64,000 nucleotides of DNA, taken from NCBI GenBank assembly GCA_963580575.1, contig CAUZKB010000001.1:4514-68513 (forward strand). The letters are read 5' to 3'. The translations under genes and the position numbers were made by a program. Below, piece after piece: positions 45,519 through 55,592 of this stretch. The notes beneath the pieces were generated by a model. The model was given only the letters and a program-made list of their open reading frames with translations, ran no database searches and was not told the DNA's origin. Origin of the DNA: Bacteroidia bacterium. Lineage in GTDB: Bacteria > Bacteroidota > Bacteroidia > Flavobacteriales > Flavobacteriaceae. Within the stretch, counting starts at the first letter, position 1, and each line of letters opens with the position of its first letter.

Positions 45519-46139
45519 ATGGAAGGATATTTAAATTTATTTGTAAAAAGTATTTTTATAGAAAATATGATCTTTGCATATTTTCTTGGAATGTGTTCTT
45601 ATTTGGCAGTCTCTAAGACTGTTAAGACTGCTTTTGGACTCGGGCTTGCAGTAATCTTTGTTTTAACAGTTACAGTACCAATAAATTTTTTAATTGACAC
45701 ATATATTTTACAGGATGGTGCTCTTGGAAATTGGTTGGGACCAGAATTTGCAAATGTAAATTTGGGATTTTTAACTTTCATATTGTTTATTGCTGTAATT
45801 GCTTCAATGGTTCAGTTAGTTGAAATGATTGTTGAAAAATTTGCGCCAGCACTTTATGGATCTTTAGGAATTTTTCTACCTCTGATCGCAGTTAATTGTG
45901 CAATTTTAGGAGGTTCATTGTTTATGCAACTAAAAGATTTTTCAGGAATTTTAGAATCTGGAATTTATGGGTTTAGCTCTGGAGTTGGTTGGTTATTGGC
46001 AATAGTTGCTATTGCTGCCATTAGAGAAAAAATTTCATATTCTAATGTCCCTGCTCCACTTAGGGGATTAGGAATAACTTTTATAATAACGGGTCTTATG
46101 GCTATTGGTTTTATGAGTTTTATGGGAATTAAATTTTAA
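45519..46139 (+). CDS. nqrE: Na+-NQR subunit E
   Basis: 206-aa polytopic ORF of the RnfA/NqrE family ([20 protein letters not shown]). Confidence 0.92.
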   Translation: MEGYLNLFVKSIFIENMIFAYFLGMCSYLAVSKTVKTAFGLGLAVIFVLTVTVPINFLIDTYILQDGALGNWLGPEFANVNLGFLTFILFIAVIASMVQLVEMIVEKFAPALYGSLGIFLPLIAVNCAILGGSLFMQLKDFSGILESGIYGFSSGVGWLLAIVAIAAIREKISYSNVPAPLRGLGITFIITGLMAIGFMSFMGIKF

Positions 46140-46143
46140 ATAA

Positions 46144-47448
46144 ATGAATCTAACTTTATTAACAATAATTTCTAGCATAGTTGTTTTTTTAATAATAACA
46201 TTATTATTAGTTGGAGCATTATTGGGTGTAAAAGCTAAACTTTTACCATCAGGGCTAGTTGCATTGTTGATTAATGGTGAAAAAAAAGTTGAGGTTTCGT
46301 CTGGGGGAACTTTATTAAGTACACTTGGGAATAATAAAATTTTTTTACCCTCTGCATGTGGAGGTGGTGGAACTTGTATTCAATGTAGGTGTCAGGTATT
46401 AGAAGGTGGAGGAGAGCTTCTTCCTACTGAAGAACCTCATTTTTCTAGAAAAGAAGTATCTGAAGGATGGAGATTAGGGTGTCAGGTTAAAGTTAAAGAA
46501 GATATGGTGATTAAGGTTTCCGAGGAAGTTTTTGGTATAAAAAAGTGGGAAGCAAAGGTGGCAAGAAATTGGAATGTTGCCTCTTTTATTAAAGAGTTTG
46601 TTATTGAGATTCCTGAAGAAATGGGTTATAAAGCAGGAGGATACATTCAGATTGAAATACCAAAATGTGAAGTGAATTATAATAATATTGATATTTCTGC
46701 TCATCCTAAGGAACATCCAAATGACTCTAAAAAATTTAAATTAGAGTGGGATAAATTTAATTTATGGAATTTAAACATGAAAAATTCTGAAACCGTTGAG
46801 AGAGCTTATTCCATGGCATCTTATCCTGCTGAAGGTAAGGAAATAATGTTAAATGTAAGAGTTGCTACACCACCATGGGATAGAAGTAAAAACAATTGGA
46901 TGACTGTAAATCCTGGTATTGCATCTTCCTATCTTTTTTCCAGAAAGCTTGGAGATAAAGTTACAATTTCAGGACCTTATGGCGAATTTTTTATTAATGA
47001 TTCTGATTCAGAGATGATGTATGTTGGAGGTGGTGCTGGAATGGCTCCAATGAGATCTCACTTATATCAATTGTTTAGGACATTAAAAACTGGGAGAATA
47101 GTAACTTTTTGGTATGGAGGAAGGTCTAAAAGAGAACTTTTTTATGTTGATCATTTTAAAGCTTTGGAGAAAGATTTTAATAATTTTAAATTTTATATTG
47201 CCCTTTCAGAACCTCTTGAGGAAGATAATTGGAAAGAAAAGAAATCTTTGGATGATAAATATGGAGATGGATTTATTGGTTTTGTTCACCAAGTTGTAGT
47301 TGATAATTATTTATCTAAACATGAAGCTCCAGAAGATATTGAAGTTTATTTCTGTGGACCTCCATTAATGAATCAGGCTGTAGAAAAAATGGCAGATGAT
47401 TTTGGTATTCCTCCAGAAAATATAAGATTTGATGACTTTGGTGGTTAA
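46144..47448 (+). CDS. nqrF: Na+-NQR subunit F
   Basis: 434-aa ORF with an N-terminal TM helix, the 2Fe-2S motif CGGGGTCIQCRC...C, the FAD motif RAYSMAS and the NADH-binding motif GGGAGMAP. Confidence 0.95.
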   Translation: MNLTLLTIISSIVVFLIITLLLVGALLGVKAKLLPSGLVALLINGEKKVEVSSGGTLLSTLGNNKIFLPSACGGGGTCIQCRCQVLEGGGELLPTEEPHFSRKEVSEGWRLGCQVKVKEDMVIKVSEEVFGIKKWEAKVARNWNVASFIKEFVIEIPEEMGYKAGGYIQIEIPKCEVNYNNIDISAHPKEHPNDSKKFKLEWDKFNLWNLNMKNSETVERAYSMASYPAEGKEIMLNVRVATPPWDRSKNNWMTVNPGIASSYLFSRKLGDKVTISGPYGEFFINDSDSEMMYVGGGAGMAPMRSHLYQLFRTLKTGRIVTFWYGGRSKRELFYVDHFKALEKDFNNFKFYIALSEPLEEDNWKEKKSLDDKYGDGFIGFVHQVVVDNYLSKHEAPEDIEVYFCGPPLMNQAVEKMADDFGIPPENIRFDDFGG

Positions 47449-47559
47449 ATTTAAAAATAATAAAAGCCCTTTAATTAAAATATTTTTCTCAGAAATAAAA
47501 TTTAGACAGGATATTTTAATACTTAAAACAAATAAATTTTTTATAAATAAATTATTACA

Positions 47560-48576
47560 ATGTTTTCAATTTTAAATTATAGAATTAAATTGATTGTTTT
47601 TTTTTCTTTAATTATTTTTTCTTGTAATAAATATATAGATAAAAAAAAAACAATTAATGGATATTCATTAGGAACCTCATATTCAATCCAATATGAAGGA
47701 GGTATTAATAATGATGAAAAAATAAAAAAGGAAATTGATTCACTTTTTGAAATAATAAATCAATCACTCTCAACTTATATTTCGGACTCTGATATTTCTA
47801 AAATTAATCGCGGTGATTCGTTATTAGTTGTTGATAAACATTTTAAAAAAGTATTTAATAAATCACATCAAATATGGGATATTTCAGATGGATTTTTTGA
47901 TCCGACTGTTGGATCTTTGGTTAATGCTTATGGTTTTGGTCCAGAAATAAAAATTAATAATATTTCAAAAAAACAAATAGATAGTCTAATTGAATTAACA
48001 GGTTTTTTAAAAGTTTCTATGACTTTAGAAGGAACTATAAAGAAGAAATTTCATAACATTTATTTTGATTTTAATGCAATTGGAAAAGGTTATATGGTAG
48101 ATGTTATTTCAGAATTATTAGATAATTATAAAATAAAAAATTATTTAATTGAGATTGGAGGAGAGATAATTGCTAAGGGAATAAATCCAAATTCTGGAAA
48201 ATATTGGAAAATTGCAATTGATACTCCTGATCAAAAAAAGAACAGGAAATTTATTAAAACAATTCTTTTAAAAAATAAAGCAATTGCTACTTCTGGAAAT
48301 TACAGAAAGTACAGAATCGATTCATTAAGTGGTATCAAATATGTACATTCTATTAATCCAAAAAATGGACAATCAATCCAGTCAAATATTTTAAGTGTTT
48401 CTGTCATTGCTTCTGATTGCATGACAGCGGATGGATGGGCAACAGCTTTAATGATTATGCCAATTGAATTTTCAATACCTATAATTGAATCATTTGAAGA
48501 CGTTGATGCTTATTGGATTTTATCAGATTCTTTAGGTTATAAAGAAATTTTTTCTTCTAATTGGTCAGAGTTTTAA
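47560..48576 (+). CDS. apbE: FAD:protein FMN transferase
   Basis: 338-aa ORF with a lipoprotein-type signal (IIFSCN) and ApbE-family segments (FDPTVG, AIATSGNY). It lies directly after nqrF. Confidence 0.9.
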   Translation: MFSILNYRIKLIVFFSLIIFSCNKYIDKKKTINGYSLGTSYSIQYEGGINNDEKIKKEIDSLFEIINQSLSTYISDSDISKINRGDSLLVVDKHFKKVFNKSHQIWDISDGFFDPTVGSLVNAYGFGPEIKINNISKKQIDSLIELTGFLKVSMTLEGTIKKKFHNIYFDFNAIGKGYMVDVISELLDNYKIKNYLIEIGGEIIAKGINPNSGKYWKIAIDTPDQKKNRKFIKTILLKNKAIATSGNYRKYRIDSLSGIKYVHSINPKNGQSIQSNILSVSVIASDCMTADGWATALMIMPIEFSIPIIESFEDVDAYWILSDSLGYKEIFSSNWSEF

Positions 48577-49364
48577 TTTTTTATAGCAACTGGTATTTTT
48601 TCTGAATTATGCAAACAAAATTTTATTTTTTCTTCAATAGATAAATCTTTTAGTATATCTATTTTTTTGACTAGAAAACCAACAGATTTTAATCTCTCAT
48701 AATAATCTAAACCATATTTTCTTACATGATCATATTGTCCAAAAAGTTCAGATTTTTTTTTAGGATCAATTACATTAAAATCTTCGAAAGTTTTTACCTT
48801 ATTCTCGTTTAAAGGAACTTGAAGTATAGCAGTCCCACCTTTTTTTAAAACTCTATAAAGCTCTTTCATTGCTTTAATATCTTCGTTGATATGTTCTAAG
48901 ACATGATTACATATAATTAAATCAAATTCTGAATTTTTAAATGGTAATTTACATATATCAGCTTTAACATCAGCTATTGGAGAATCTAAATCAGATGTTA
49001 TATAATCCCAGTTTTTAATTGATTTAAATTTATTATAAAAGGGTTGTTCTGGAGCAAAATGTAAAACTTTTATTTTATCAGAAAAAAAAGTTGTTTTTGT
49101 TTTAAAAAAAATCCATAATAATCGATGTCTTTCAAGAGACAATGTGCCTGGACATAATGCATTTTTTCTTATATTTTGTCCATATCCATAGGGTAAGAAT
49201 TTTCGATATTTTGAATTGTCTATTGGGTCTATAAATTTTGATCCCTTAAAATAAATCTTAAGTAAAGGTCTTAGAATAATACTAATTCTTATTAAATGTT
49301 TTCGTGAAATTAAATTTAGTATAAAGTTCATGATAACTTTTTTACAAAAATTTTGATTCTTCAT
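48573..49364 (-). CDS. class I SAM-dependent methyltransferase
   Basis: 263-aa ORF with a Methyltransf_11-like core (VLHFAPE..., DLIICNHVLEHI). An alternative ATG at 49331 would avoid the 23-nt overlap with map. Confidence 0.7.
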   Translation of the reverse strand: MKNQNFCKKVIMNFILNLISRKHLIRISIILRPLLKIYFKGSKFIDPIDNSKYRKFLPYGYGQNIRKNALCPGTLSLERHRLLWIFFKTKTTFFSDKIKVLHFAPEQPFYNKFKSIKNWDYITSDLDSPIADVKADICKLPFKNSEFDLIICNHVLEHINEDIKAMKELYRVLKKGGTAILQVPLNENKVKTFEDFNVIDPKKKSELFGQYDHVRKYGLDYYERLKSVGFLVKKIDILKDLSIEEKIKFCLHNSEKIPVAIKN

Positions 49365-50148
49365 TTGAAAATATACCTAATGCGTCATAGATATATTTGA
49401 AAGTTGAGAGTAGTTTTGGTTTTCCTTCTATTAAAGCTATATTATGCTCAAAATGAGCACTTGGCATTCCATCTAATGTTAATATTGTCCAACCATCATT
49501 TAGTTGTTTAATTTTATGAGTACCCATATTTATCATAGGTTCTATAGCTATTACCATTCCTTCTTGAATTTTTTTTCCTCTTCCTCTTTTTCCATAATTT
49601 GGCACTTCGGGTTTTTCATGCATTTTTTTCCCTAATCCATGTCCAACAAGTTCTCTTACAATTCCGTAACCTTCTTTTTCATTGTGTTTTTGAATAGCAT
49701 AACCAATGTCTCCAATTCTGTTACCAAGTTTAAATTCTGAAATACCATGATACAAAGATTCTTTAGAAATTTTAAGTAATTTTTTTATTTCGGGTTTAAT
49801 TTCACCCACTTCAAAGGTATAAGCATGGTCTCCATAAAAGCCATTACATAAAACACCACAATCAATTGACAATATATCTCCATTTTTAAGAGGATATTTG
49901 TTAGGTAATCCATGGACAACTTGCGCATTGGGGCTAACACAAAGTGTATTTGGAAAGTCATATAAACCTAAGAAGCCAGGTTCAGCTCCATGGTCTCTAA
50001 TAAAATTTTTTGCCAAAGAATCTAATTTAAGAGTATTAATCCCAGGTTTAATTTCATTAGCAAGCATTCCTAGAGTTTTAGAAACTATTTGAGCACTTTG
50101 TTTAATTAACTCAATTTCATCAAATTTTTTTATGATTATTTTAGACAT
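49342..50148 (-). CDS. map: type I methionine aminopeptidase
   Basis: 268-aa ORF with the metal ligands in DCGVLCNGFYGD, GHGLG, IEP and HFEH. Confidence 0.95.
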   Translation of the reverse strand: MSKIIIKKFDEIELIKQSAQIVSKTLGMLANEIKPGINTLKLDSLAKNFIRDHGAEPGFLGLYDFPNTLCVSPNAQVVHGLPNKYPLKNGDILSIDCGVLCNGFYGDHAYTFEVGEIKPEIKKLLKISKESLYHGISEFKLGNRIGDIGYAIQKHNEKEGYGIVRELVGHGLGKKMHEKPEVPNYGKRGRGKKIQEGMVIAIEPMINMGTHKIKQLNDGWTILTLDGMPSAHFEHNIALIEGKPKLLSTFKYIYDALGIFSNEESKFL

Positions 50149-50174
50149 ATATTATTATGGATATACCTTAAAAT

Positions 50175-51695
50175 TTATATCAATAATGAGTTTCGGTTCA
50201 TAGACTTTGGTTTATTAACATTCATTAAATCAAGAATTGTAGGAGCAATATCACTTAAAATTCCAGATTTAATTTTTCTTTTTTTTGAATCTACTAATAT
50301 AATTGGTACAGGATTAGTAGTATGAGCTGTGTTTGGAGTTCCATCATCGTTAATCATTGTTTCACAGTTTCCATGATCCGCTATAATTAAAATAAAATAG
50401 TCTTTGGAAAGAGCTTTATCAATTATTTTTCCAACACAATTATCTACTGTTTCACAAGCTTTTATTGCAGCTTTTAAGTTTCCAGTATGACCTACCATAT
50501 CTGGATTTGCAAAATTTATACAAATAAAATCAGGACTATCTATTTCAATTTTTTCTATAATGGCATTTTTCACATTAAAAGCACTCATTTCTGGAAGCAT
50601 ATCATATGTTGAGACTTTTGGAGATGGACACAATATTCTTTTTTCACCTAGAAAACACTCTTCTCTTCCCCCATTAAAGAAATATGTAACATGCGGATAC
50701 TTTTCAGTTTCGGCTATTCTTAATTGAGTTTTTTTTGCGAGAGAAAGTGTTTCTCCTAAAGTTTCTTTAAGATTTTCTTTATCAAAAATAACTCTGATTT
50801 TATTATAGTTTTTATTATAATTAGTTAGAGTTATATAATGTAAATCTAGAGGAGACATATTAAATTTTTGTTTTGTATCTTGAGTTAAAACTTCAGTTAG
50901 TTCTCTAGCTCTATCACTTCTATAATTAAAAAAAAGTACTACATCATCTTGTTTAATTTTCACAATTGGGTTTCCATTTTTATCAGATTTATAATGAGGT
51001 TCAATGAATTCGTCAGTTACTCCTTTTCTATAGCTATCAGCAACACTTTTTTCTAAATTTTCAGATTTGATTCCTATTCCGTTTATTAAAAGATCATATG
51101 CTTTTTTAATTCTTACCCATCTTTTATCTCTATCCATAGCATAATACCTTCCAATTACAGAAGCTAATTTAGCTCCATACTTTTTAAATTTTTTATTTGT
51201 AAGATTAAGAAACTTTATTCCTGATTTTGGATCAACATCTCTTCCGTCAGTAATGGCATGAATAAAAATATTTTTAACATTATATTTTGATGTTATTTTT
51301 ATTAATTCTTCAAGGTGACTAATATGGGAGTGAACACCACCATCAGATAAAAGACCAATAAAATGAATAGGTTTATTATTATTTTTTGCAAAATTTAATC
51401 CTTCAATTAAAGTTTTTCTGTTTATTAATTTATTCTCTTTAATTGCAATGTTTATTTTTGTTAAGTCTTGGTGAACAATTCTGCCAGCACCAATATTCAT
51501 GTGACCAACTTCACTATTTCCCATTTGCCCTTTTGGAAGACCAACATATTTACCATCGGTTCTAAGATTACTATTGTTGTAGCATTTGTATAGTTCGTCA
51601 ATATTTGGAGTTTTAGCTAATTCAATAGCAGAGACTTCCGGATTTTTTCCAATTCCCCATCCATCTAGAATCATTAGAATCCCTTTTTTTGACAT
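50175..51695 (-). CDS. gpmI: 2,3-bisphosphoglycerate-independent phosphoglycerate mutase
   Basis: 506-aa ORF with ILDGWG, MGNSEVGHMNIGAGR, GGVHSH and ADHGN. Confidence 0.95.
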   Translation of the reverse strand: MSKKGILMILDGWGIGKNPEVSAIELAKTPNIDELYKCYNNSNLRTDGKYVGLPKGQMGNSEVGHMNIGAGRIVHQDLTKINIAIKENKLINRKTLIEGLNFAKNNNKPIHFIGLLSDGGVHSHISHLEELIKITSKYNVKNIFIHAITDGRDVDPKSGIKFLNLTNKKFKKYGAKLASVIGRYYAMDRDKRWVRIKKAYDLLINGIGIKSENLEKSVADSYRKGVTDEFIEPHYKSDKNGNPIVKIKQDDVVLFFNYRSDRARELTEVLTQDTKQKFNMSPLDLHYITLTNYNKNYNKIRVIFDKENLKETLGETLSLAKKTQLRIAETEKYPHVTYFFNGGREECFLGEKRILCPSPKVSTYDMLPEMSAFNVKNAIIEKIEIDSPDFICINFANPDMVGHTGNLKAAIKACETVDNCVGKIIDKALSKDYFILIIADHGNCETMINDDGTPNTAHTTNPVPIILVDSKKRKIKSGILSDIAPTILDLMNVNKPKSMNRNSLLI

Positions 51696-51785
51696 TATTT
51701 TTTTTGTAAAGATACAAATTCAGAATATGAAGAATCTCAATGATTTGGTAAAAAAAATTGTAAATCTTACTTTGCAAGAAAAAAA

Positions 51786-52715
51786 TTGAAAAAAGGAATT
51801 GTTTATCGATCAACAGGTATTTGGCATGTTGTAAAATCTGGTAATAGTTTTTTTAATTGCAGAATTAAGGGAAAACTTCGACTAGAAAATATAAAGAGTA
51901 CTAGTCCCATAGTTGTTGGAGATGAAGTAAGTTTTAATTTAGAAAGTAAGAAAAAACCTAATCAAGGAATTATTGTTGAAGTCAAAAAAAGAAAAAATTA
52001 TATTATCAGAAAGTCTGTTAAATTATCTAAGCAAGTTCAGATAATAGCATCAAATATTGATCAGATTTTTTTAATTGTTACTTTAAAATATCCAATTACT
52101 TTTACTCAATTTATTGATAGAATTTTGGTGACTTCAGAAGCCTATAAAATTCCTTTAAATCTGGTTTTTAATAAAATGGATATATATTCATTATCAGAAA
52201 TAAAAGAAATAGAAAGTTTGAAAAATATTTATGAATCAATAGGTTATAAATGTTTAAAAATTTCTGCTATAAATTCAATTTCAGTAAAAAGAATCTCTAA
52301 ACTAATGAAGAGAAAAGTTAATATGATTTTAGGTCATAGTGGAGTTGGTAAATCAACTTTAATTAATTCGATTTCTCCTGATTTATCTCTTAAGACAGGT
52401 GAGATTTCTAACTTATATAATCAAGGTCAGAACACCACAACTTATTCGCAAATGTTTGATTTAAAAAATGACATTAGAATAATAGACACTCCTGGAATTA
52501 AAGGGTTTGGTTTAGTGGATATAAGCCCGAATGAGGTTGGAGATTTTTTCCCTGAGTTTGTTAAACTAAAAGAAAATTGTAAGTATAATAATTGTTTACA
52601 TTTAAATGAACCAGAGTGCGCAATAATTAATGCTTTAAACAATAATGAAATATCAGAATCAAGATATAAAAGTTATTTAAAGTTAATAGATGAAAATTTA
52701 ACTTATAGAAATTAA
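51786..52715 (+). CDS. rsgA: ribosome small subunit-dependent GTPase A
   Basis: 309-aa ORF with a TTG start, a circularly permuted GTPase (NKMD ... GHSGVGKST ... DTPG) and a C-terminal zinc motif CKYNNCLHLNEPEC. Confidence 0.9.
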   Translation: MKKGIVYRSTGIWHVVKSGNSFFNCRIKGKLRLENIKSTSPIVVGDEVSFNLESKKKPNQGIIVEVKKRKNYIIRKSVKLSKQVQIIASNIDQIFLIVTLKYPITFTQFIDRILVTSEAYKIPLNLVFNKMDIYSLSEIKEIESLKNIYESIGYKCLKISAINSISVKRISKLMKRKVNMILGHSGVGKSTLINSISPDLSLKTGEISNLYNQGQNTTTYSQMFDLKNDIRIIDTPGIKGFGLVDISPNEVGDFFPEFVKLKENCKYNNCLHLNEPECAIINALNNNEISESRYKSYLKLIDENLTYRN

Positions 52716-52719
52716 TTAA

Positions 52720-53172
52720 ATGAGAGCTGTAATTCAAAGAGTTAAGAAAGCTAAAGTTATCATAAATGATATTGAAGAAAGAACCATAGATTTTGGTCTC
52801 GTCGTTTTATTGGGGATTGAAAATAATGATAATAAAGATGATGTTGATTGGCTTGTAAATAAGATTGTTGATATGAGAATATTTAATGATAATTCTGAAA
52901 TAATGAATCTTTCTTTAAAGGATATAAATGGATCGATTATGATAATAAGCCAATTTACTTTATTTGCCTCAATAAAGAAAGGTAATAGACCTTCTTATAT
53001 AAATGCTGCTAAGCATGATCATGCAATTCCTCTTTATGATTATTTTATTGAAAAAAGCTCAGCTATTATTAAAAAGTTATTGGTAACAGGAGAATTTGGT
53101 GCAAATATGCAGGTTAGTTTAATAAATGATGGACCAGTAACTATTGTTATAGATTCAAAAAGAAGAGAATAG
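52720..53172 (+). CDS. dtd: D-aminoacyl-tRNA deacylase
   Basis: 150-aa ORF with MRAVIQRV, SQFTL and NDGPVT. Confidence 0.95.
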   Translation: MRAVIQRVKKAKVIINDIEERTIDFGLVVLLGIENNDNKDDVDWLVNKIVDMRIFNDNSEIMNLSLKDINGSIMIISQFTLFASIKKGNRPSYINAAKHDHAIPLYDYFIEKSSAIIKKLLVTGEFGANMQVSLINDGPVTIVIDSKRRE

Positions 53173-53211
53173 TATAATGGTTGTAAAACTTTAAAAAATA
53201 AAATATTAGAT

Positions 53212-54219
53212 TTATAGAATATTAACCTCAAATTCTAATGTGATATTAAATTTATTTTTAACATCATTTTTGATTTTTTTTGCAATATTAAAAATGTCTT
53301 TTCCAGAGGCATTTCCATAATTAATGAGAACTAAAGCTTGTTTTTTATATATGCCAGCATTTCCAATTTTACAACCTTTATATCCAAGAAATTCTATTAA
53401 CCAAGCAGCTGGTATTTTAATTTTGTTAAATGAGGTTTTAAATCCTGGAATGTCTTTATATTTATTCTTTAAATTTAGGTAATGATTTAAGTCAATAATG
53501 GGGTTTTTAAAAAAACTACCTGCATTTCCTATAATTTTTGTATCTGGTAATTTAGATTTTCTAATTTTAATAATTGCTTTTGCAATATTTTGAATAGACA
53601 CTTTTTTGTTATTAATTACTTCTTTTATTTTTTCATAACTAGTGATAAATTTGTGAGGCTCTTTATAAAGTTTTAAACAAACTTTCATTATTACATAGTT
53701 GTTTTTTTCTCTTGTCTTGAAGATCGAACTTCGGTATTCAAATTCACAATCATCAAGATAAAATTTTTTTATTTTCTTAGTATTTATATTCAGTGCTTCA
53801 CAACTAAAGAAAACATCTTTTAATTCAACTCCATAAGCGCCAATATTTTGAATAGGTGCTGCACCAACATTTCCAGGGATTAATGATAAATTTTCGACAC
53901 CTCCAAGATTGTTTTTTAATGCCCATAAAATTAAATCGTGCCAATTTTCACCAGCTTGAATCTCAACTATTACATCCTTTTTAGACTCTTTTATTATTGA
54001 AATACCCTTGTTAGCAATATGAATTGTTAGACCTTCAAAATTTTCAGTAAAAAGTGTATTGCTTCCTCCACCTAAGATTCTATATAATTTATAGTTATTA
54101 TTTATTAATGCTTCATTTAGTTCTTCAAAATTTTTTACTAAAACTAAACCTTTAGATAAAACATCAATTTTAAATGTATTGAATGTTTTAAGTGAAACAT
54201 TTTCTTTAATTGAAAGCAT
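53212..54219 (-). CDS. murB: UDP-N-acetylenolpyruvoylglucosamine reductase
   Basis: 335-aa ORF with an FAD-binding PCMH domain (ILGGGSNTLF, GNVGAAPIQNIGAYG) and a MurB C-terminal domain (GSFFKNP). Confidence 0.9.
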   Translation of the reverse strand: MLSIKENVSLKTFNTFKIDVLSKGLVLVKNFEELNEALINNNYKLYRILGGGSNTLFTENFEGLTIHIANKGISIIKESKKDVIVEIQAGENWHDLILWALKNNLGGVENLSLIPGNVGAAPIQNIGAYGVELKDVFFSCEALNINTKKIKKFYLDDCEFEYRSSIFKTREKNNYVIMKVCLKLYKEPHKFITSYEKIKEVINNKKVSIQNIAKAIIKIRKSKLPDTKIIGNAGSFFKNPIIDLNHYLNLKNKYKDIPGFKTSFNKIKIPAAWLIEFLGYKGCKIGNAGIYKKQALVLINYGNASGKDIFNIAKKIKNDVKNKFNITLEFEVNIL

Positions 54220-54242
54220 ACTTTGAATATAGTAAACTCTTA

Positions 54243-55433
54243 TTAATTTGGATAAACTTTTAAAGCTTTTTCTAGAATTTGAGTGGCTCTAATTAGTTTT
54301 GAACTATCTAAAACAAAAGCAAAGCGAACTTTATCAATACCATATCCAGGGGTTGAATAGAATCCTTGTGCAGGAGCAAGCATAATAGTTTGATTTAAAT
54401 CACTGAAATCTTTAAGTAAAAAACGACAAAAGTTTTCTGCATTTTTGACAGGCAATTTTGCAATACAATAGAATGCTCCCATAGGTTTCGTTGCTGAAAC
54501 ACCTTTAATTTTATTTAAATTTTCAAGAAGTATTTTGCGACGATTAGAGTATTCTTTTAAGACATTTAACATATAACTTTTTGGAGCCTTTAGAGCAGCT
54601 TCACTTGCCATGAGGGCATATGTAGGAGGAGATAATCTTAATTGAGCAAATTTTAAAATATTTTTAACAAAAGATTTATTTTTAGAGACAATAAAACCAA
54701 CTCGAGCACCACAAAGACTATATCTTTTAGATACTGAATCTATCATAATTGAAATAGATTTGTATTTTGAATTTTTTAAAACAGAATAGTGTTTTATTTT
54801 ATCATAAATAAATTCTCTATAAACTTCATCTACAATTATGAAAATATCATTTTTTAAAGCAATTTCACAAAGTGATCCGATTTCTTTTTCTTTATAAACA
54901 TAACCAGTTGGATTACTTGGATTACAAATAAGTATTGCTTTTGTTTTTTTGTTTATTTTGGAAATAATTTTTTTTGTAGATGGAATTTCAAAGATTTCCT
55001 CTTTATCAGGAATAATTGGCACTACTTTTACATTTGCAGCTGTGGCAAAACCATTGTAGTTAGCATAAAAGGGTTCTGGTATTATTATTTCGTCACCTGC
55101 ATCACAAATAACATTTAAACAAAATGTTAATGCTTCACTTGCCCCAGTAGTGATTACTATTTGATTTGGATTAGTATGAATATTATGATTATTATAATAT
55201 TTACAAAGATTTTTTCTATAAGAAAGAGATCCTTGCGATGGTCCATATGGAAGTAGTTTTAAGTTTGATTTAGTAACAGCATTTAATGCTTCTTTTGGTG
55301 ACTCAATATCAGGTTGACCTATATTTAAATGAAAAATTTCAACTCCTCTAGATTTAGCATCATCTGCAAAAGAAACCAATTTTCTGATTGGAGAAAAAGG
55401 TAATTCAATCCCTTTGTTTGATAATTTAGGCAT
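54243..55433 (-). CDS. PLP-dependent class I aminotransferase
   Basis: 396-aa ORF with NPSNPTG and the PLP lysine in DSVSKRYSLCGARVG. Confidence 0.8.
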   Translation of the reverse strand: MPKLSNKGIELPFSPIRKLVSFADDAKSRGVEIFHLNIGQPDIESPKEALNAVTKSNLKLLPYGPSQGSLSYRKNLCKYYNNHNIHTNPNQIVITTGASEALTFCLNVICDAGDEIIIPEPFYANYNGFATAANVKVVPIIPDKEEIFEIPSTKKIISKINKKTKAILICNPSNPTGYVYKEKEIGSLCEIALKNDIFIIVDEVYREFIYDKIKHYSVLKNSKYKSISIMIDSVSKRYSLCGARVGFIVSKNKSFVKNILKFAQLRLSPPTYALMASEAALKAPKSYMLNVLKEYSNRRKILLENLNKIKGVSATKPMGAFYCIAKLPVKNAENFCRFLLKDFSDLNQTIMLAPAQGFYSTPGYGIDKVRFAFVLDSSKLIRATQILEKALKVYPN

Positions 55434-55450
55434 TATAAAAATTTAATTTG

Positions 55451-55458
55451 CAAAAATA
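55451..55458 (-). promoter_or_regulatory. Bacteroidota-type -7 box (TATTTTTG on the minus strand)
   Basis: Exact TAnnTTTG match, 17 nt upstream of the ATG at 55433. Confidence 0.4.
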
Positions 55459-55557
55459 TTAATAATTTTTAATTCTCTTATTAATCTTTAAAGAAAAATC
55501 TTTATTATTTAACTAATTAGGGGTTTATTAAAAATAGGTTATGACAACTGATATTAT

Positions 55558-55565
55558 TATTTTTG
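55558..55565 (+). promoter_or_regulatory. Bacteroidota-type -7 box (TATTTTTG) for valS
   Basis: Exact TAnnTTTG match, 27 nt upstream of the valS ATG. Confidence 0.4.
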
Positions 55566-55592
55566 TCCGGGGGTAAATAATTACTTTAACTT

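Noticed and set aside
55541-55576. Mini-ORF MTTDIIIFVRG* (three Ile plus one Val) upstream of valS, as a possible leader peptide.
   Set aside because: The exact TAnnTTTG -7 box for valS (55558-55565) lies inside this mini-ORF, so the mRNA most likely starts downstream of its ATG. No terminator or alternative hairpins follow it.
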